Notes under the pieces: generated by a model
Told to the model about the DNA's origin: nothing
The model's input: the letters and a program-made list of their open reading frames with translations, nothing else
Databases searched by the model: none
Program-made: the position numbers and the translations under genes
Shown here: piece by piece, positions 1 to 11,939 of the stretch
How the letters are laid out: each line of letters starts with the position of its first letter
Numbering within the stretch: position 1 is the first letter of the stretch
Assembly: GCF_014698845.1 (NCBI RefSeq)
Contig: NZ_JACJTV010000013.1
Location: 73,861-113,860, forward strand
Length of the DNA: 40,000 nucleotides
Direction: 5' to 3'
DNA from: Coleofasciculus sp. FACHB-1120
GTDB taxonomy: Bacteria > Cyanobacteriota > Cyanobacteriia > Cyanobacteriales > FACHB-T130

Positions 1-223
1 GTATCTGCTCTTCTAGAGATGAATAATTGTACTACACTACACTTCGTGACACTACGCTAACGTGTCGCCTCGAAGAATGCGTCTTTATGTTTATAGAAAT
101 TTGAGATGTAGGGAAAACCGCATCAGTGCTTGAGCCTGAGTTCAGTCGCTTCACCTGTAAAAATAACTATAGGGATATTTTTTGTTACCAGATAGATCAT
201 CACAAAGCTAAAAATTTGATGCT

Positions 224-1447
224 ATGCAATTTCCAAAGTTTTTTCGGTTTCTGCGTCAAGTCAGTATTTATGCAATTGCCACCTTTCTAGGAAGCGTTGT
301 GGCGTTTGGCGCTTACCGTGTATCGCCATCTCAGGCTGCTCCTGTCCCCAAGGAAGTTGCTCTTACTCCCGGGGCATCAGAGCTAGTAGCGCAAAGCAGT
401 ATTTCTAGAATTCCCAATACGGCTGCAACTGGCAGTTTTGTCACCGCAGCGGTGAATCGGGTAGGAGCGGCAGTAGTCAGGATTGATACCGAGCGCACAG
501 TCAACCGTAACATCGATCCGTTGTTTGACGACCCCTTCTTCCGGCGTTTTTTTGGTGAAGAGTTGCCTAGAGGGCCGATGCAAGAGCGCCTACGCGGTCA
601 AGGCTCTGGTTTTATTATTGACAAGAGTGGGATTATTTTGACAAATTCCCATGTGGTCAATCAGGCGGATAAGGTGACTGTCACCCTCAAGGATGGACGC
701 ACCTTAGAAGGGAAGGTACAAGGTGCCGATTCGGTAACGGATTTGGCAGTGGTCAAGATCGATGGAGGCAGCGACTTACCCGTGGCACCCCTGGGAGATT
801 CTAACGAAGTGCAAGTGGGTGACTGGGCGATCGCAGTCGGTAATCCCTTAGGATTGGATAACACCGTTACCTTGGGAATTATTAGTACCCTCAAGCGCTC
901 CAGTGCTGCTGTGGGGATTCCTGACAAGCGGTTGGATTTCATTCAAACCGATGCAGCGATTAATCCGGGGAACTCCGGCGGACCACTGTTAAATCAACAG
1001 GGTGAAGTGATTGGTATCAACACGGCAATTCGTGCTGACGCAATGGGGATAGGCTTTGCGATTCCAATTAATCAAGCCAAAACAATCTCTATCCAGCTGG
1101 CGCGGGGGGAAAGAGTTGCTCATCCCTATCTCGGCGTTCAAATGGCAACCCTGACGCCCCAAGTCGCTGCTGAAAATAACAGTGACCCCAATGCTCCTTT
1201 ACAGGTACCAGAAATCAACGGCGTCCTAGTCGTGCGAGTGTTGCCAAATACCCCAGCTGCTAAAAGTGGAATTCGCCGGGGCGATGTGATTTTGGAGATT
1301 GAGGGGCAACCCGTGAAGACTGCCGCCGAGTTGCAGAGAATTGTCGAGAATAGCCATGTTGGTCAGGTTCTACAGATGAAGGTGCAGCGTGCCAACCAAT
1401 CAACATCCATCAGCGTCCGCGCTGGTGAATTGCAAGAACAGTCTTAA
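224..1447 (+). CDS. HtrA/DegP-family serine endoprotease (trypsin-like domain plus one PDZ domain)
   Basis: 407-aa ORF with ATG start. N-terminal hydrophobic anchor/signal (IYAIATFLGSVVAFGAY). Catalytic His/Asp/Ser contexts are TNSHVV, DLAVVKI and GNSGGPLL. C-terminal PDZ-like segment GVLVVRVLPNTPAAKSGIRRGDVILEI. Confidence 0.9.
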   Translation: MQFPKFFRFLRQVSIYAIATFLGSVVAFGAYRVSPSQAAPVPKEVALTPGASELVAQSSISRIPNTAATGSFVTAAVNRVGAAVVRIDTERTVNRNIDPLFDDPFFRRFFGEELPRGPMQERLRGQGSGFIIDKSGIILTNSHVVNQADKVTVTLKDGRTLEGKVQGADSVTDLAVVKIDGGSDLPVAPLGDSNEVQVGDWAIAVGNPLGLDNTVTLGIISTLKRSSAAVGIPDKRLDFIQTDAAINPGNSGGPLLNQQGEVIGINTAIRADAMGIGFAIPINQAKTISIQLARGERVAHPYLGVQMATLTPQVAAENNSDPNAPLQVPEINGVLVVRVLPNTPAAKSGIRRGDVILEIEGQPVKTAAELQRIVENSHVGQVLQMKVQRANQSTSISVRAGELQEQS

Positions 1448-1500
1448 TTAGTGCTGAGGACTGAGAGGTAAGGACTTAGGATTGAGTGAGTTAAAAGTAA

Positions 1501-1540
1501 AAAGGAATAGAGAAGAGAATATTCTCTTCTCTATTCCTTT
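1501..1540. terminator. Perfect 40-bp palindrome, probably a bidirectional intrinsic terminator between convergent htrA-like gene and rpoC2
   Basis: aaaggaatagagaagagaat|attctcttctctattccttt has 20-nt arms that are exact reverse complements. A/T-rich runs flank it on both sides. It lies between two convergent stop codons (1447 and 1630). Confidence 0.6.
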
Positions 1541-1629
1541 GTAATGCCTGCAACTTTTTCTTGGACTCCCTTTTTAAAGAGGAGAGAAAGTTGCACACTC
1601 TCTCCTCAGTTTTCGGTACTTATGACTCT

Positions 1630-4600
1630 CTAGTCCTCGTCGTCCTCAAAGTCGTCAACATCGTCAACATCGTCAACAAGGTCGTCGTCATCATCGAGAA
1701 CTGGAGAGACAGCGCCACCTATTCCATAAGTAGGTCGCTCTTCAAATCCGAGTCCTGGGCTGTAAGCCCGAGCGGTTCGGTCATCCAGCACCACGTCCAG
1801 CGCATCCTCCTCAACATCGAGTCCGTTACCGAAGCCAGATGCTAACAGATCAACTTCTGAGCTGATGCTGTCCTCATAGGCATTGAACCCGGTTCCTGCC
1901 GGAATCAGTCGCCCAATGATCACATTCTCCTTCAGACCGCGCAGCCAGTCAGATTTGCCTTCAATTGCAGCTTCGGTGAGAACCCGCGTCGTTTCTTGGA
2001 ACGATGCCGCAGAAATAAAGCTATCTGTATTCAGCGATGCCTTGGTAATCCCCAGCAACATCGGCGTATATTGCGCCGGTGCGCCGCCAGTAATTGCCAT
2101 TGCTTCATTCACTTGCTCAATCTGCCGCAGTTCCACCAACTCTCCAGGGAGCATCGTGGTATCGCCGCCATCATCGACCCGCACTTTCGAGGTCATCTGG
2201 CGCACAATCACCTCAATATGCTTATCAGAAATATCAATTCCCTGAGATTGATACACCGATTGCACTTCATTTACCAGGAAAGTTTGAACCTTCTGCAACG
2301 CCATCAGCGCCGCTTCGTAGACTCCCATCGTTTCCCGGTAATGCTCAAAGAAAATCTCTAGAATCTCATGGGGATTGGCAGGACCATCGGTTAGCGCTTC
2401 CGCAGTCTCTACAACCATGTCATCTCCCACAATGACGTTCTGTCCAGGGCCAAGGGGATAGTCAGCCACGACGCCGTCTGACTCGATGACTTTAATCTCC
2501 TCTGCGTCCTGCTGATCTCCGTAAACGACCTGAGCCGTTCCCGCACGTCGTGCCAAAATACACGCTTCTTTTGGCTTCCGTGCCTCCAGCAGTTCTTCAA
2601 TACGCGGTAAACCTTGGATGATATCTCCGGTTTTCGCCCGTTCAAAGACTAGCAGCACCAAGTTATCGCCCCGTTGCACCAAGTCTCCATCATCGATATG
2701 TAGGACGGCTCCGGAAGACACGCGATAAGGACGTGCCAGACGCATCTGGATCGAATCCTCCAAGATGGCGGAAATTTGACCGGACTCTGGGGCAACGACG
2801 CCAGTGGCAATCTCAGTCCCTGCTACTAACAGCGCTCCTACTTTTACGGTGGGTTTAGCGCCTTTCGTGTCAACATTAATCCGGTCAGTATCCCGAACCA
2901 GCAGCACCCGGCGGATCGAGGCTTCTCCAGAGCGAATCCCCCGGACTTCTCCGGCATCCTTACACTGAATTTCCGTGCGAGCCACAACGGCTCCCGGCTC
3001 GATCTGCTGACCGTCAGTTACCATAATCCGCGTATGCGTACTGCCAGAAAGCGGATCTGCCGCCGTATCGCGACGAATCACCAGGGATTCCGAAACCAAG
3101 AGCTGTAAACGCATCTCTGAAGTCCGAGGCGAAAGTTCAGAAGTTACGGCTGAAAGCGCGGAGCTTTCGTCGTCGTCGTTGTCTTTTGCCTCAACTCCCT
3201 TCCCTTCAATTGGCAACAACTCGATATCTGCTGCCAGTAGCTCCAAAGCACCAAGGCTCTCGGAACTGCTTTCACCCTCGGTTCCATAGCCAATTTCTAG
3301 CACCAATTGCGTCCGCAGCAGTTCCAGCCCTCCAATGGACTTCACGCGCTCCCCATCTTTATAAGGAAGCCGCTGTACTGCTCGCAGCTCAATCTTGTAA
3401 CGTCCTCTGCCCGAAATAGAAGCTTGAGATGGTACGCTCGGCTCATCCGGAACGTGAAACTCAGTTACCGGACGCAGCAACAATGCAGGACCTTCAGGGG
3501 TTTCCACAAATTCGGTATAGCGCAACTCGCTAACCGTCAGCCCTGGCATAACTTCCTGTCCCGGATAGAACAGGGACCCATCTGTTCCCATTACTGCTTC
3601 TGGGTCATCGACCAAATGCAGTTCACCGGGCTTAATCACGATTTCCCGTAGGATATCGTTTTTCTGGGTTACTTCCACTATGCCAGCCGTTTGACAGAAG
3701 ATATCTTTGACGACTTCTGTCATTGCTTCTACATATTGACCATCTTCCACTTGCAGGAGTGAGATATCCTTGTTCACTTCATGGGATTCTTCTGGAATCC
3801 ACAGCAAGGTGCCGCCTTTGATGACTTCGTATCCTTGTTTTGCCTTGGCTTTTTTGGCAACTTCCACACCGGCGTATTTGATAATTCCGCCGGTCTGGGT
3901 GTTATAACGATCGTCAATTAAGTCGGCTACTACCTGGTGGTTTTGCACTTTTGTCCCTGGGGTTGCCTTCAGGGAAAAGCGCTGATTCTGGGCAGTATAA
4001 ATTACATAGTGGTCGCGCCCTTGAGTCGCTTCCATTCGCACCCGTGCTTGGTCTAGCAGAACGCTAGCGGTGATAATTTCAATTTCTCGTCCCCGCGAAC
4101 CAGCGTCATCAGCTTTTAGCCGGACAACACCGCCATGTTCGCTCACCAACTTAGTTTCTGCGAGTACGTCGTTGCGATTCACCAGTTTACCGTTCTGCAC
4201 GACGGCTTCGGCACCTGGAGGTAGGTTATAAACTTCTCCAGACAAAATCCACAACAAACCACCCCGTGCCGCAATCCGGGTGGTGTTCCCTTGGCGGTCG
4301 GTTTTTTCTTCTGGAAGCAGACCTTCAAACTTCACTTCGCCTGCCAGGTCAGTGGTAACGTCTTTGGCGGCTTTTTCTGTATGAGCGCGAGTGGAAGAAG
4401 CGATCGCGACTTCACCCAATAGCTGTTCTGCCGTTACTGTACTGCCATTGACACAGTACAGGGTGGAGTTTTGAGTCAGCGGAATCGAGATTTGCTGCTG
4501 AGTGCTGTCTACTGGATCGAGAATCAATTCCGCATTGGTCGACTCCACCAGCAAAGCATCTTCCCCGTGCCGCGTCCGCAGTCCTCGCGTCCGCATCCCT

Positions 4601-5706
4601 CGGCTAAAGCGCACTTTGGCGGTCATTGGGGCACGGACTTGTCGCGCGACTTCGCCGGTAAAGACGCCGCCAGTGTGGAACGTCCGCATGGTAAGCTGGG
4701 TGCCCGGTTCCCCAATCGACTGAGCGGCAATAATTCCTACCGCTTCCCCCAGATCCACGAGATGTCCGTGAGCGAGGCTCCAGCCGTAACAATGTTGACA
4801 CACGGAACGGGCCGCTTCGCAGGTCAAGGGCGATCGCACGAAAACTTCTTCTATCCCAGCCTTAACAATGTTTAGCCCCATGTCTTCTGACATCGGCTGA
4901 TTGCGCGGCATTACAACTTCCCCAGTGGTGGGATGAACCGCATCTTCTACTAAAACGCGACCTAGCAGGCGATCTGACAAAGGAATCAGCACCCGATCGT
5001 CCGAAGTCATGCTGCGTAAGCGAATCCCCCGCTGGGTGCCGCAGTCCACTTCCCGAACAATCACATCCTGAGACACATCGACTAGGCGGCGGGTAAGATA
5101 GCCGGAATCTGCTGTACGTAAAGCGGTATCTACTAATCCTTTCCGCGCCCCATAAGACGAGATAATGTATTCCGTGACGGTCAAACCTTCCCGGAAATTC
5201 GTCTTAATCGGCAGACCAATAATCTCGCCCTGGGGGTTTGCCATCAATCCACGCATTCCCACCAACTGACGCACCTGAGAAATATTTCCCCGCGCCCCGG
5301 AAAACGCCATCATATAGACCGAATTCAGGGGATCTTTTTGTCTAAAGTTGCGAACCACCTCATCCTTGAGGGCTTCACTGGTACTATTCCAGGTATCGAT
5401 AACCTTTTGGAAGCGCTCCACCTCAGTGATTTCACCCCGCGTGTAGCGTGCTTCTGTGGAGCGAATTTCAGTTTCGGCAGCGTCCAGTAACTGCCGCTTG
5501 GAATCCGGCACCTGCAAGTCATCCACACTAATTGAGACACCCGCTTTAGTCGCGTAGTGGAAGCCCAAATCTTTCAGACGGTCTGCCATTTGGGAGGTGC
5601 GGGCACTACCAAAATTGGTAAATGCCCAGGCAACCAGTTTCTTCAGTTGCCCTTTGTCCACCATCCGATTATGAAAAATATTTTTGATTTCTGGTTGCTC
5701 TGCCAT
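1630..5706 (-). CDS. rpoC2: DNA-directed RNA polymerase subunit beta-prime (cyanobacterial C-terminal part of split beta-prime, carrying the large trigger-loop insertion)
   Basis: 1358-aa ORF with ATG start. Conserved beta-prime C-terminal blocks are present ([100 protein letters not shown]). It sits directly downstream of rpoC1. Confidence 0.98.
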   Translation of the reverse strand: MAEQPEIKNIFHNRMVDKGQLKKLVAWAFTNFGSARTSQMADRLKDLGFHYATKAGVSISVDDLQVPDSKRQLLDAAETEIRSTEARYTRGEITEVERFQKVIDTWNSTSEALKDEVVRNFRQKDPLNSVYMMAFSGARGNISQVRQLVGMRGLMANPQGEIIGLPIKTNFREGLTVTEYIISSYGARKGLVDTALRTADSGYLTRRLVDVSQDVIVREVDCGTQRGIRLRSMTSDDRVLIPLSDRLLGRVLVEDAVHPTTGEVVMPRNQPMSEDMGLNIVKAGIEEVFVRSPLTCEAARSVCQHCYGWSLAHGHLVDLGEAVGIIAAQSIGEPGTQLTMRTFHTGGVFTGEVARQVRAPMTAKVRFSRGMRTRGLRTRHGEDALLVESTNAELILDPVDSTQQQISIPLTQNSTLYCVNGSTVTAEQLLGEVAIASSTRAHTEKAAKDVTTDLAGEVKFEGLLPEEKTDRQGNTTRIAARGGLLWILSGEVYNLPPGAEAVVQNGKLVNRNDVLAETKLVSEHGGVVRLKADDAGSRGREIEIITASVLLDQARVRMEATQGRDHYVIYTAQNQRFSLKATPGTKVQNHQVVADLIDDRYNTQTGGIIKYAGVEVAKKAKAKQGYEVIKGGTLLWIPEESHEVNKDISLLQVEDGQYVEAMTEVVKDIFCQTAGIVEVTQKNDILREIVIKPGELHLVDDPEAVMGTDGSLFYPGQEVMPGLTVSELRYTEFVETPEGPALLLRPVTEFHVPDEPSVPSQASISGRGRYKIELRAVQRLPYKDGERVKSIGGLELLRTQLVLEIGYGTEGESSSESLGALELLAADIELLPIEGKGVEAKDNDDDESSALSAVTSELSPRTSEMRLQLLVSESLVIRRDTAADPLSGSTHTRIMVTDGQQIEPGAVVARTEIQCKDAGEVRGIRSGEASIRRVLLVRDTDRINVDTKGAKPTVKVGALLVAGTEIATGVVAPESGQISAILEDSIQMRLARPYRVSSGAVLHIDDGDLVQRGDNLVLLVFERAKTGDIIQGLPRIEELLEARKPKEACILARRAGTAQVVYGDQQDAEEIKVIESDGVVADYPLGPGQNVIVGDDMVVETAEALTDGPANPHEILEIFFEHYRETMGVYEAALMALQKVQTFLVNEVQSVYQSQGIDISDKHIEVIVRQMTSKVRVDDGGDTTMLPGELVELRQIEQVNEAMAITGGAPAQYTPMLLGITKASLNTDSFISAASFQETTRVLTEAAIEGKSDWLRGLKENVIIGRLIPAGTGFNAYEDSISSEVDLLASGFGNGLDVEEDALDVVLDDRTARAYSPGLGFEERPTYGIGGAVSPVLDDDDDLVDDVDDVDDFEDDED

Positions 5707-5930
5707 AAGTTAGGACTGAGGTATAAGGACTGTTAGCGTAGCGGCGCTCTACTCGCAGAAGAGTATTTAAAGAAGACTGAGCGATAAGGAGTCTTCGCAT
5801 AGTGGCATTCAACTCGCGGACTGAGCGAACACAGAACAAGCGAACACAGAAAACCGGAGCGAGGACGTGAGTGAGTAGGAAAGTCAAAACTTTTTGCCCA
5901 GCCCTCAATCACTCAGTCCTCAGCACTGAT

Positions 5931-7808
5931 CTATATTGCCAATGCCTCTTGAATCGTCTTATTGTAGATAATCCGACCGGGCGTCGTCCGAATGTATTGG
6001 GTCAAGACATTCCCTTCCTTGTCTTCCCGCACTCGGCGGAAGTTGTAGGTTCTCCAAACGGTGCCATCAGCTAGGGTTTCCACTTTTTCCGGCTCCGCAT
6101 CCGGTTTATCATTCTCTACCAACCCGTCAAAGCGCACCCAGATGTAGGCGTGTAAATCTACCGCCGACTGCTCATAGGCTAAAAGCACATCATCCAAGCT
6201 GGCGAAATAACCTCCAGCTCCCTTAGTTGCTGCTGGGTTTTCTGCCGTTAGGTAATAGCAGCCCAATACCATATCTTGACTAGGCGTTACAATGGGTCGT
6301 CCCGTCGCTGGAGAGAGGATGTTATTAGAAGCCAGCATCAGTAACCGTGCTTCTGCCTGAGCCTCCAAAGAAAGCGGTACGTGAACCGCCATCTGATCGC
6401 CGTCGAAGTCCGCGTTGAACGCCGGACATACCAACGGGTGCAGCTGAATTGCTCGACCTTCCACCAGAATTGGTTCAAACGCTTGAATCCCCAAACGGTG
6501 AAGCGTTGGTGCTCGGTTCAGCATCACCGGATGACCGGCAATGACTTCCTCTAGCACGTCCCACACAGAGGCATCCCCGCGCTGAATCAGCTTCTTAGCT
6601 GCCTTGATATTATTGACCAGTCCGCCGCGAATCAGCCGGTGAATCACAAACGGTTGGAATAACTCAATTGCCATTTCGCGTGGTAAGCCGCATTGGTGGA
6701 TTTTCAGCTTCGGTCCCACCACAATTACAGAACGTCCCGAGTAATCTACTCGCTTACCCAACAGGTTTTGCCGGAAGCGTCCTTGCTTCCCTTCAATAAT
6801 GTCCGACAGAGATTTCAAGGGGCGATTATTGGCTCCTACTACTGTCCGTCCCCGACGACCATTATCAATAAGCGCATCCACTGCTTCTTGCAACATCCGC
6901 TTCTCGTTGCGGACAATGATTTCCGGTGCCAAGATTTCTTGGAGCCGTGCTAAGCGGTTGTTGCGGTTAATTACCCGGCGATACAAGTCATTCAAGTCAG
7001 AAGTGGCAAATCTGCCGCCATCCAGCTGCACCATTGGACGCAAATCTGGTGGAATTACCGGAATCACCGACAGCACCATCCACTCTGGCTTAGAACCAGT
7101 CGCGATGAAGTTGTCAATCACTCGCAGGCGCTTAATTAGTTTCGCCCGCTTCTGACCCTTAGCATTGGCAATTTCCTCTCGTTGGGACTCAGCCTCTGCT
7201 TCCAAATTAATGTCCTGCAAGAGACGTTGTAGTGCCTCAGCACCGATTCCCACCTCTACGCCTTGCAGGGTAGAATCTTCGCTATAGAGCTGCTCCTCAA
7301 TCTCCAGCCACTGATCTTCCGTCAGCAACTGCTTGTAACTGAGACTCTCCACATTGCCGGGACTCAGTACTACATAGGCATTGAAATAGACAATCTGCTC
7401 CACATCCCGCAGGGGCATATCTAGCAGAATCGACATATAGCTGGGAATGCCTTTGAGATACCAGACGTGAGCCACAGGTGCCGCCAGCTTAATGTATCCC
7501 ATGCGGTGACGACGCACTCGCGATTCTGTCACTTCCACGCCGCAGCGTTCGCAGACAATACCCCTGTGGCGCACCCGCTTATATTTGCCGCAGTGGCATT
7601 CCCAATCTTTTGCCGGACCAAAAATGCGTTCGCAGAAAAGGCCATCCATTTCTGGCTTGAGCGTCCGGTAATTGATCGTTTCGGGTTTTGTGACCTCACC
7701 CACCACTTGACCATTGGGCAGGTTTCTTTGCCCCCAGTCCTGAATTCGCTTTGGCGATGCCAGAGCAATTTTGACGTAGTCAAACCGCTGTTCTAGCTGA
7801 TGTCTCAT
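5931..7808 (-). CDS. rpoC1: DNA-directed RNA polymerase subunit gamma (N-terminal part of split beta-prime)
   Basis: 625-aa ORF. Zn-finger [21 protein letters not shown] and the catalytic [12 protein letters not shown] motif are present. It ends where rpoC2 homology begins. Confidence 0.98.
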   Translation of the reverse strand: MRHQLEQRFDYVKIALASPKRIQDWGQRNLPNGQVVGEVTKPETINYRTLKPEMDGLFCERIFGPAKDWECHCGKYKRVRHRGIVCERCGVEVTESRVRRHRMGYIKLAAPVAHVWYLKGIPSYMSILLDMPLRDVEQIVYFNAYVVLSPGNVESLSYKQLLTEDQWLEIEEQLYSEDSTLQGVEVGIGAEALQRLLQDINLEAEAESQREEIANAKGQKRAKLIKRLRVIDNFIATGSKPEWMVLSVIPVIPPDLRPMVQLDGGRFATSDLNDLYRRVINRNNRLARLQEILAPEIIVRNEKRMLQEAVDALIDNGRRGRTVVGANNRPLKSLSDIIEGKQGRFRQNLLGKRVDYSGRSVIVVGPKLKIHQCGLPREMAIELFQPFVIHRLIRGGLVNNIKAAKKLIQRGDASVWDVLEEVIAGHPVMLNRAPTLHRLGIQAFEPILVEGRAIQLHPLVCPAFNADFDGDQMAVHVPLSLEAQAEARLLMLASNNILSPATGRPIVTPSQDMVLGCYYLTAENPAATKGAGGYFASLDDVLLAYEQSAVDLHAYIWVRFDGLVENDKPDAEPEKVETLADGTVWRTYNFRRVREDKEGNVLTQYIRTTPGRIIYNKTIQEALAI

Positions 7809-7834
7809 CTGTCGCTGCGCTCCAATTAAAAATT

Positions 7835-7879
7835 AAAAATGAAAAATTAAAAATTTCTAATTTTTAATTTTTCATTTTT
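7835..7879. repeat. Perfect 21-bp-stem AT-rich hairpin (3-nt loop) in the rpoB-rpoC1 spacer
   Basis: 7835-7855 aaaaatgaaaaattaaaaatt pairs perfectly with 7859-7879 aatttttaatttttcattttt; I checked every pair by hand. Only one G-C pair. Confidence 0.85.
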
Positions 7880-7885
7880 CATTGA

Positions 7886-10800
7886 TTAAACTTCGTCTTC
7901 TTCCAGTTCCTCGCGGCTGAGAGATTCATAGGTGGGTCGCGTCGGCGTCCGGCGATTTGACACATCCGCCATCAAGTCAACCTCTACGTGTCCCGTGGTT
8001 CCGTCCTCAGTCGTCTCCACCTTATGGACGGCAATATCTAAACACAGAGATTGCAGTTCTCGCATTAACACCTTGAATGACTCTGGTGTTCCTGGTCGTG
8101 GAATCGCCTTGCCTTTCACGATCGCATTCAGCGCTTCGTTCCGCCCCTGCATATCGTCGGATTTCACCGTCAGCAACTCCTGCAAAATGTAGGCAGCGCC
8201 AAAAGCCTCCAGCGCCCACACTTCCATTTCGCCAAATCGCTGTCCGCCCTGTTGTGCTTTGCCTCCCAAGGGTTGCTGAGTGACCAAAGAGTAGGGTCCC
8301 GTAGAACGGGCGTGGATCTTGTCGTCTACCAGGTGCACCAGCTTCAGCATGTATGCCTTGCCCACAGTAATCGGACGGTCAAAGGCTTCTCCGGTACGCC
8401 CATCAAAGACTCGGAGCTTTCCAGCTTCATCAGGGTTAAACAGCCAGTTCTTCCCGGTCTTCTTCCTCGCCTCCTCCAACTTGCCATGCACCGACTCGCG
8501 GCTTTTTTCCGCTCCGTGCATTTCGTCGAAGGGAATCACTTTGAAGCGGACATTTAAGTTCTCACCAGCCCATCCCAGCAAGCACTCAAAAACCTGCCCC
8601 ACATTCATCCGTGAGGGCACTCCGAGTGGGTTCAGCACAATGTCCACGGGCGTCCCATCTGGCAGGTAAGGCATATCTTCGGCAGGCAATATCCGGGAAA
8701 TAATCCCTTTATTACCGTGCCGTCCCGCCATCTTGTCGCCCACTTGGATTTTGCGCTTCTGTGCGACGTAGACACGCACCACCATGTTTGCTCCGGGGGG
8801 CAGTTCGTCGCCCTGTTCGCGGGTGAAGACGCGCACGTCTACCACGCGCCCTTTCTCTCCATTGGGCACTCGCAAGGAGTTGTCCCGCACATCCCGCGCT
8901 TTTTCACCGAAAATTGCCCGCAGCAGTTTCTCTTCCGGTGGCTGGTCGGATTCCCCTTTCGGCGTCACCTTTCCTACCAGAATATCCCCGGCTTCTACCC
9001 AGGCTCCAATTCTGATAATCCCGGTTTCATCCAGGCTTCGCAAGCTATCCTCACCGACATTAGGAATTTCCCGCGTAATTTCTTCGGGTCCTAGCTTGGT
9101 TTGTCGCGCCTCGATTTCGTACTTCTCAATGTGGATGCTGGTGTAGACATCGTCGTAAACCAGCCGTTCGCTGATTAAGATCGCGTCCTCGTAGTTGTAG
9201 CCTTCCCAGGGCATATACGCTACCAGGATATTCTGCCCCAAAGCTAGTTCGCCCCCTTCGGTAGCAGAACCATCCGCAAGTACCTGTCCGGCAACGATGC
9301 GATCGCCTTCATACACCAAGGGTCGCTGATTCAAGCAGGTATCCTGGTTTGAGCGCTGATACTTCTGCAACTCATACTCGATCTGCGGTCCGTTAGGTTC
9401 CCCGGTCTCGTCGAAACTCCGCACGGCGATCCGTGTCGCATCCACAAAGGTGACTTCCCCATCGTACTTGGCGACTACCACCATCCCGGAGTCCCGCGCT
9501 GCCTGGGCTTCCAAGCCAGTTCCCACTAAGGGTCGCTCTGGCTTCAACAACGGCACTGCCTGCCGCTGCATGTTCGATCCCATCAACGCCCGGTTGGCAT
9601 CGTCGTGTTCCAAAAAAGGAATCAACGATGTGGCAACCGAAATAATCTGCACCGGCGACACCGCTACATAGTCCACCATGTCAGGTGTCGTGGTGGTGAA
9701 ATCTTGGCGATATCTCACCGCCACCGATTCTCCTAAGATCCATCCATCCACATCCATCGGGATATCTCCCGGCGCGACTTGCAGATCGTCTTCCTCATCT
9801 GCCGTCATATACACCGGCGCTTGTTCCTTGAGTACCCGTCCGTTTTCTACCTTCCAGAACGGCGTCTCTACAAATCCGTAGGCATTCACCCGCGCATGCG
9901 TCGCCAAAGATCCGATCAATCCCGCGTTCGGCCCTTCTGGCGTCTCAATCGGGCAAATTCGTCCGTAGTGGCTCGGATGAATATCCCGCACGGCGAACCC
10001 TGCCCGTTCCCGCGTTAGTCCTCCCGGACCTAACGCTGAGAGTCGCCGCTTGTGGGTCAGCTCCGCTAAGGGATTTGTCTGATCCATAAACTGGGACAAC
10101 TGGGACGAGCCGAAAAATTCCTTAATCGCCGCCACCAAAGGTTTCGGGTTTACCAAAGAAGCAGGTGTTAGGGTTTCGGCATCCGAAACGGTCATTCGCT
10201 CCCGGATAATCCGCTCTAAGCGGTTCAAGCCGACGCGCACTTGGTTTTGCAACAGTTCGCCTACCGAGCGCACTCTTCGGTTCCCCAAGTGGTCGATATC
10301 ATCGGTAATCCCGATGTCATATTCCAAGTTGATCAGGTAGTCTACTGCTGCCAGAATATCGGTCGGGGTCAGCACCCGCACTGTATCCGGCACGGAGAGC
10401 CGCAGCTTCTTGTTCAGCTTATAGCGACCGACTCGACCCAGGTCATAACGCTTCGGATCAAAGAAGCGCGATTCCAACAACTGCTGTCCCCCAGAAACCG
10501 TCGGCGGTTCACCGGGGCGTAGTTTCCGATATAGCTCCATGAGCGCTTCTTCTTCGGAAAACTGCCCTTCTTTCTCAATGGTCTTCTGGAAATATTCTGG
10601 GTGACGCAATGCATCAAAAATCTCGGAGTCCGAAAGCCCTAAGCTCTTGAGTAATACCTGTGCCGACAGTTTGCGCGTCTTATCGATGCGTACCCACACC
10701 AAGTCGTTTTTATCGGTTTCAAACTTCAGCCACGCTCCCCGGTTGGGAATCAAGCTTGCTGAGTAGGTACGGCGTCCGTTTTTGTCGGTTTCCGATTTGT

Positions 10801-11203
10801 AATAAACTCCGGGGCTTCGCACGATTTGGTTAACGATCACCCGCTCGGCACCATTAATAATGAATGTGCCTCGATCGGTCATCAGGGGCAAATCGCCGAT
10901 GAAGACTTCTTGCTCTTTAATCGTCCCATCTTCTTTATTAATGAGTCGCGTAGGAACGTACATTTGTACGGCATAACTTGCATCCCGACGCTTGGCTTCA
11001 TCTACATCATACTTGGGTCGCTTGAGTTTGAAGTCTTTGCCTAAGAAATGCAACTCCAGCTTGCCAGTGTAATCGGTAATCGGCGAAAAGCTGTTAAGTT
11101 CCTCAATCAGACCTTCTTCCAGGAACCAGCGGAAGCTGGCTCGCTGAATTTCTACCAGGTCTGGCAACATATAAGCAACTGGAGTGGAGGTCTGATTAGT
11201 CAT
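7886..11203 (-). CDS. rpoB: DNA-directed RNA polymerase subunit beta
   Basis: 1105-aa ORF with ATG start. Conserved beta blocks are present ([69 protein letters not shown]). Confidence 0.98.
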   Translation of the reverse strand: MTNQTSTPVAYMLPDLVEIQRASFRWFLEEGLIEELNSFSPITDYTGKLELHFLGKDFKLKRPKYDVDEAKRRDASYAVQMYVPTRLINKEDGTIKEQEVFIGDLPLMTDRGTFIINGAERVIVNQIVRSPGVYYKSETDKNGRRTYSASLIPNRGAWLKFETDKNDLVWVRIDKTRKLSAQVLLKSLGLSDSEIFDALRHPEYFQKTIEKEGQFSEEEALMELYRKLRPGEPPTVSGGQQLLESRFFDPKRYDLGRVGRYKLNKKLRLSVPDTVRVLTPTDILAAVDYLINLEYDIGITDDIDHLGNRRVRSVGELLQNQVRVGLNRLERIIRERMTVSDAETLTPASLVNPKPLVAAIKEFFGSSQLSQFMDQTNPLAELTHKRRLSALGPGGLTRERAGFAVRDIHPSHYGRICPIETPEGPNAGLIGSLATHARVNAYGFVETPFWKVENGRVLKEQAPVYMTADEEDDLQVAPGDIPMDVDGWILGESVAVRYRQDFTTTTPDMVDYVAVSPVQIISVATSLIPFLEHDDANRALMGSNMQRQAVPLLKPERPLVGTGLEAQAARDSGMVVVAKYDGEVTFVDATRIAVRSFDETGEPNGPQIEYELQKYQRSNQDTCLNQRPLVYEGDRIVAGQVLADGSATEGGELALGQNILVAYMPWEGYNYEDAILISERLVYDDVYTSIHIEKYEIEARQTKLGPEEITREIPNVGEDSLRSLDETGIIRIGAWVEAGDILVGKVTPKGESDQPPEEKLLRAIFGEKARDVRDNSLRVPNGEKGRVVDVRVFTREQGDELPPGANMVVRVYVAQKRKIQVGDKMAGRHGNKGIISRILPAEDMPYLPDGTPVDIVLNPLGVPSRMNVGQVFECLLGWAGENLNVRFKVIPFDEMHGAEKSRESVHGKLEEARKKTGKNWLFNPDEAGKLRVFDGRTGEAFDRPITVGKAYMLKLVHLVDDKIHARSTGPYSLVTQQPLGGKAQQGGQRFGEMEVWALEAFGAAYILQELLTVKSDDMQGRNEALNAIVKGKAIPRPGTPESFKVLMRELQSLCLDIAVHKVETTEDGTTGHVEVDLMADVSNRRTPTRPTYESLSREELEEDEV

Positions 11204-11939
11204 GCTTTTCCTCTTGCAAAAGAATTCAGGAATTACCTGTCGTAAGGGTGGGTTTAAGAAGAGTGCTAGTGGGGAGACCCAACTTCCCGATCAACCCGAT
11301 CGTCTAGGACTCAAAAGTCATCCGTTAGGGGGATGAATGCTAAATTGATTCATCCCCCATCTTTGATGGTTCCGAATTCGTTCTTCATCTTTACATCCTT
11401 CCCATCTAGGGGGATGGAATTCGTGCCAAAGTAAGCAGTAGGGGCGAAGTATGCCTCACTCATCCCCAAGGACAAGCGATTCGCAAGAATAAACTGAGCC
11501 GTTTAGTCCTTACTAGGAAGGAAGGAAACGTCTCAGGGTTGTTTTTCGTTGGTTTTATAAGCGAACCAGCAGTTCGCTTTGGCTTGTTTGCTCAAAGATA
11601 ATATTTAGTGCTTCTTTACCAGGTATAAGGACAGTGATTGCAGGGGTATGAAGTCTGTTTAGGGGGAGCGGGCAGCCATCCCAGTGCGATCGCAAGAATT
11701 CTGTTCATAGAGGGTCTTTTAAATATTATGTCGCAAATTGACTTTCTTTGTTGACACCTACCTCTAAAGTGGGGTAATGAAAACCAGGTCGGGAGAAAAG
11801 AGATTTTCTACCAAAATTTTTTGCTTTCTGGGTCGGGATATCTCTGTCGGGGTTCCCCCTCCCTTCCCGGTGTTTACAGCACCCAGGACAGGTACGGTAC
11901 ACGGGACGCGGCATGGATAAAGGCCCCGATCGTTGGGCA

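Noticed and set aside
1561-1845. 94-aa plus-strand ORF containing [14 protein letters not shown]
   Set aside because: It is the antisense reading of the acidic-tail 9-bp repeat at the rpoC2 3' end, so it is a repeat artefact.
1883-5540. Many 60-134-aa ORFs inside rpoC2: plus-strand antisense ORFs (e.g. 1883..2245, 1996..2361, 2094..2435, 3307..3651, 4471..4875) and off-frame same-strand ORFs
   Set aside because: They lie entirely within a strongly supported 1358-aa gene and have Arg/Ser/Pro-rich shadow-ORF composition with no recognisable motifs.
6693-11245. Plus-strand antisense ORFs and off-frame same-strand ORFs inside rpoC1 and rpoB (e.g. 6799..7155, 7467..7796, 8319..8669, 8717..9094, 10241..10522)
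   Set aside because: Same reasoning: these are antisense or off-frame shadows of highly conserved genes.
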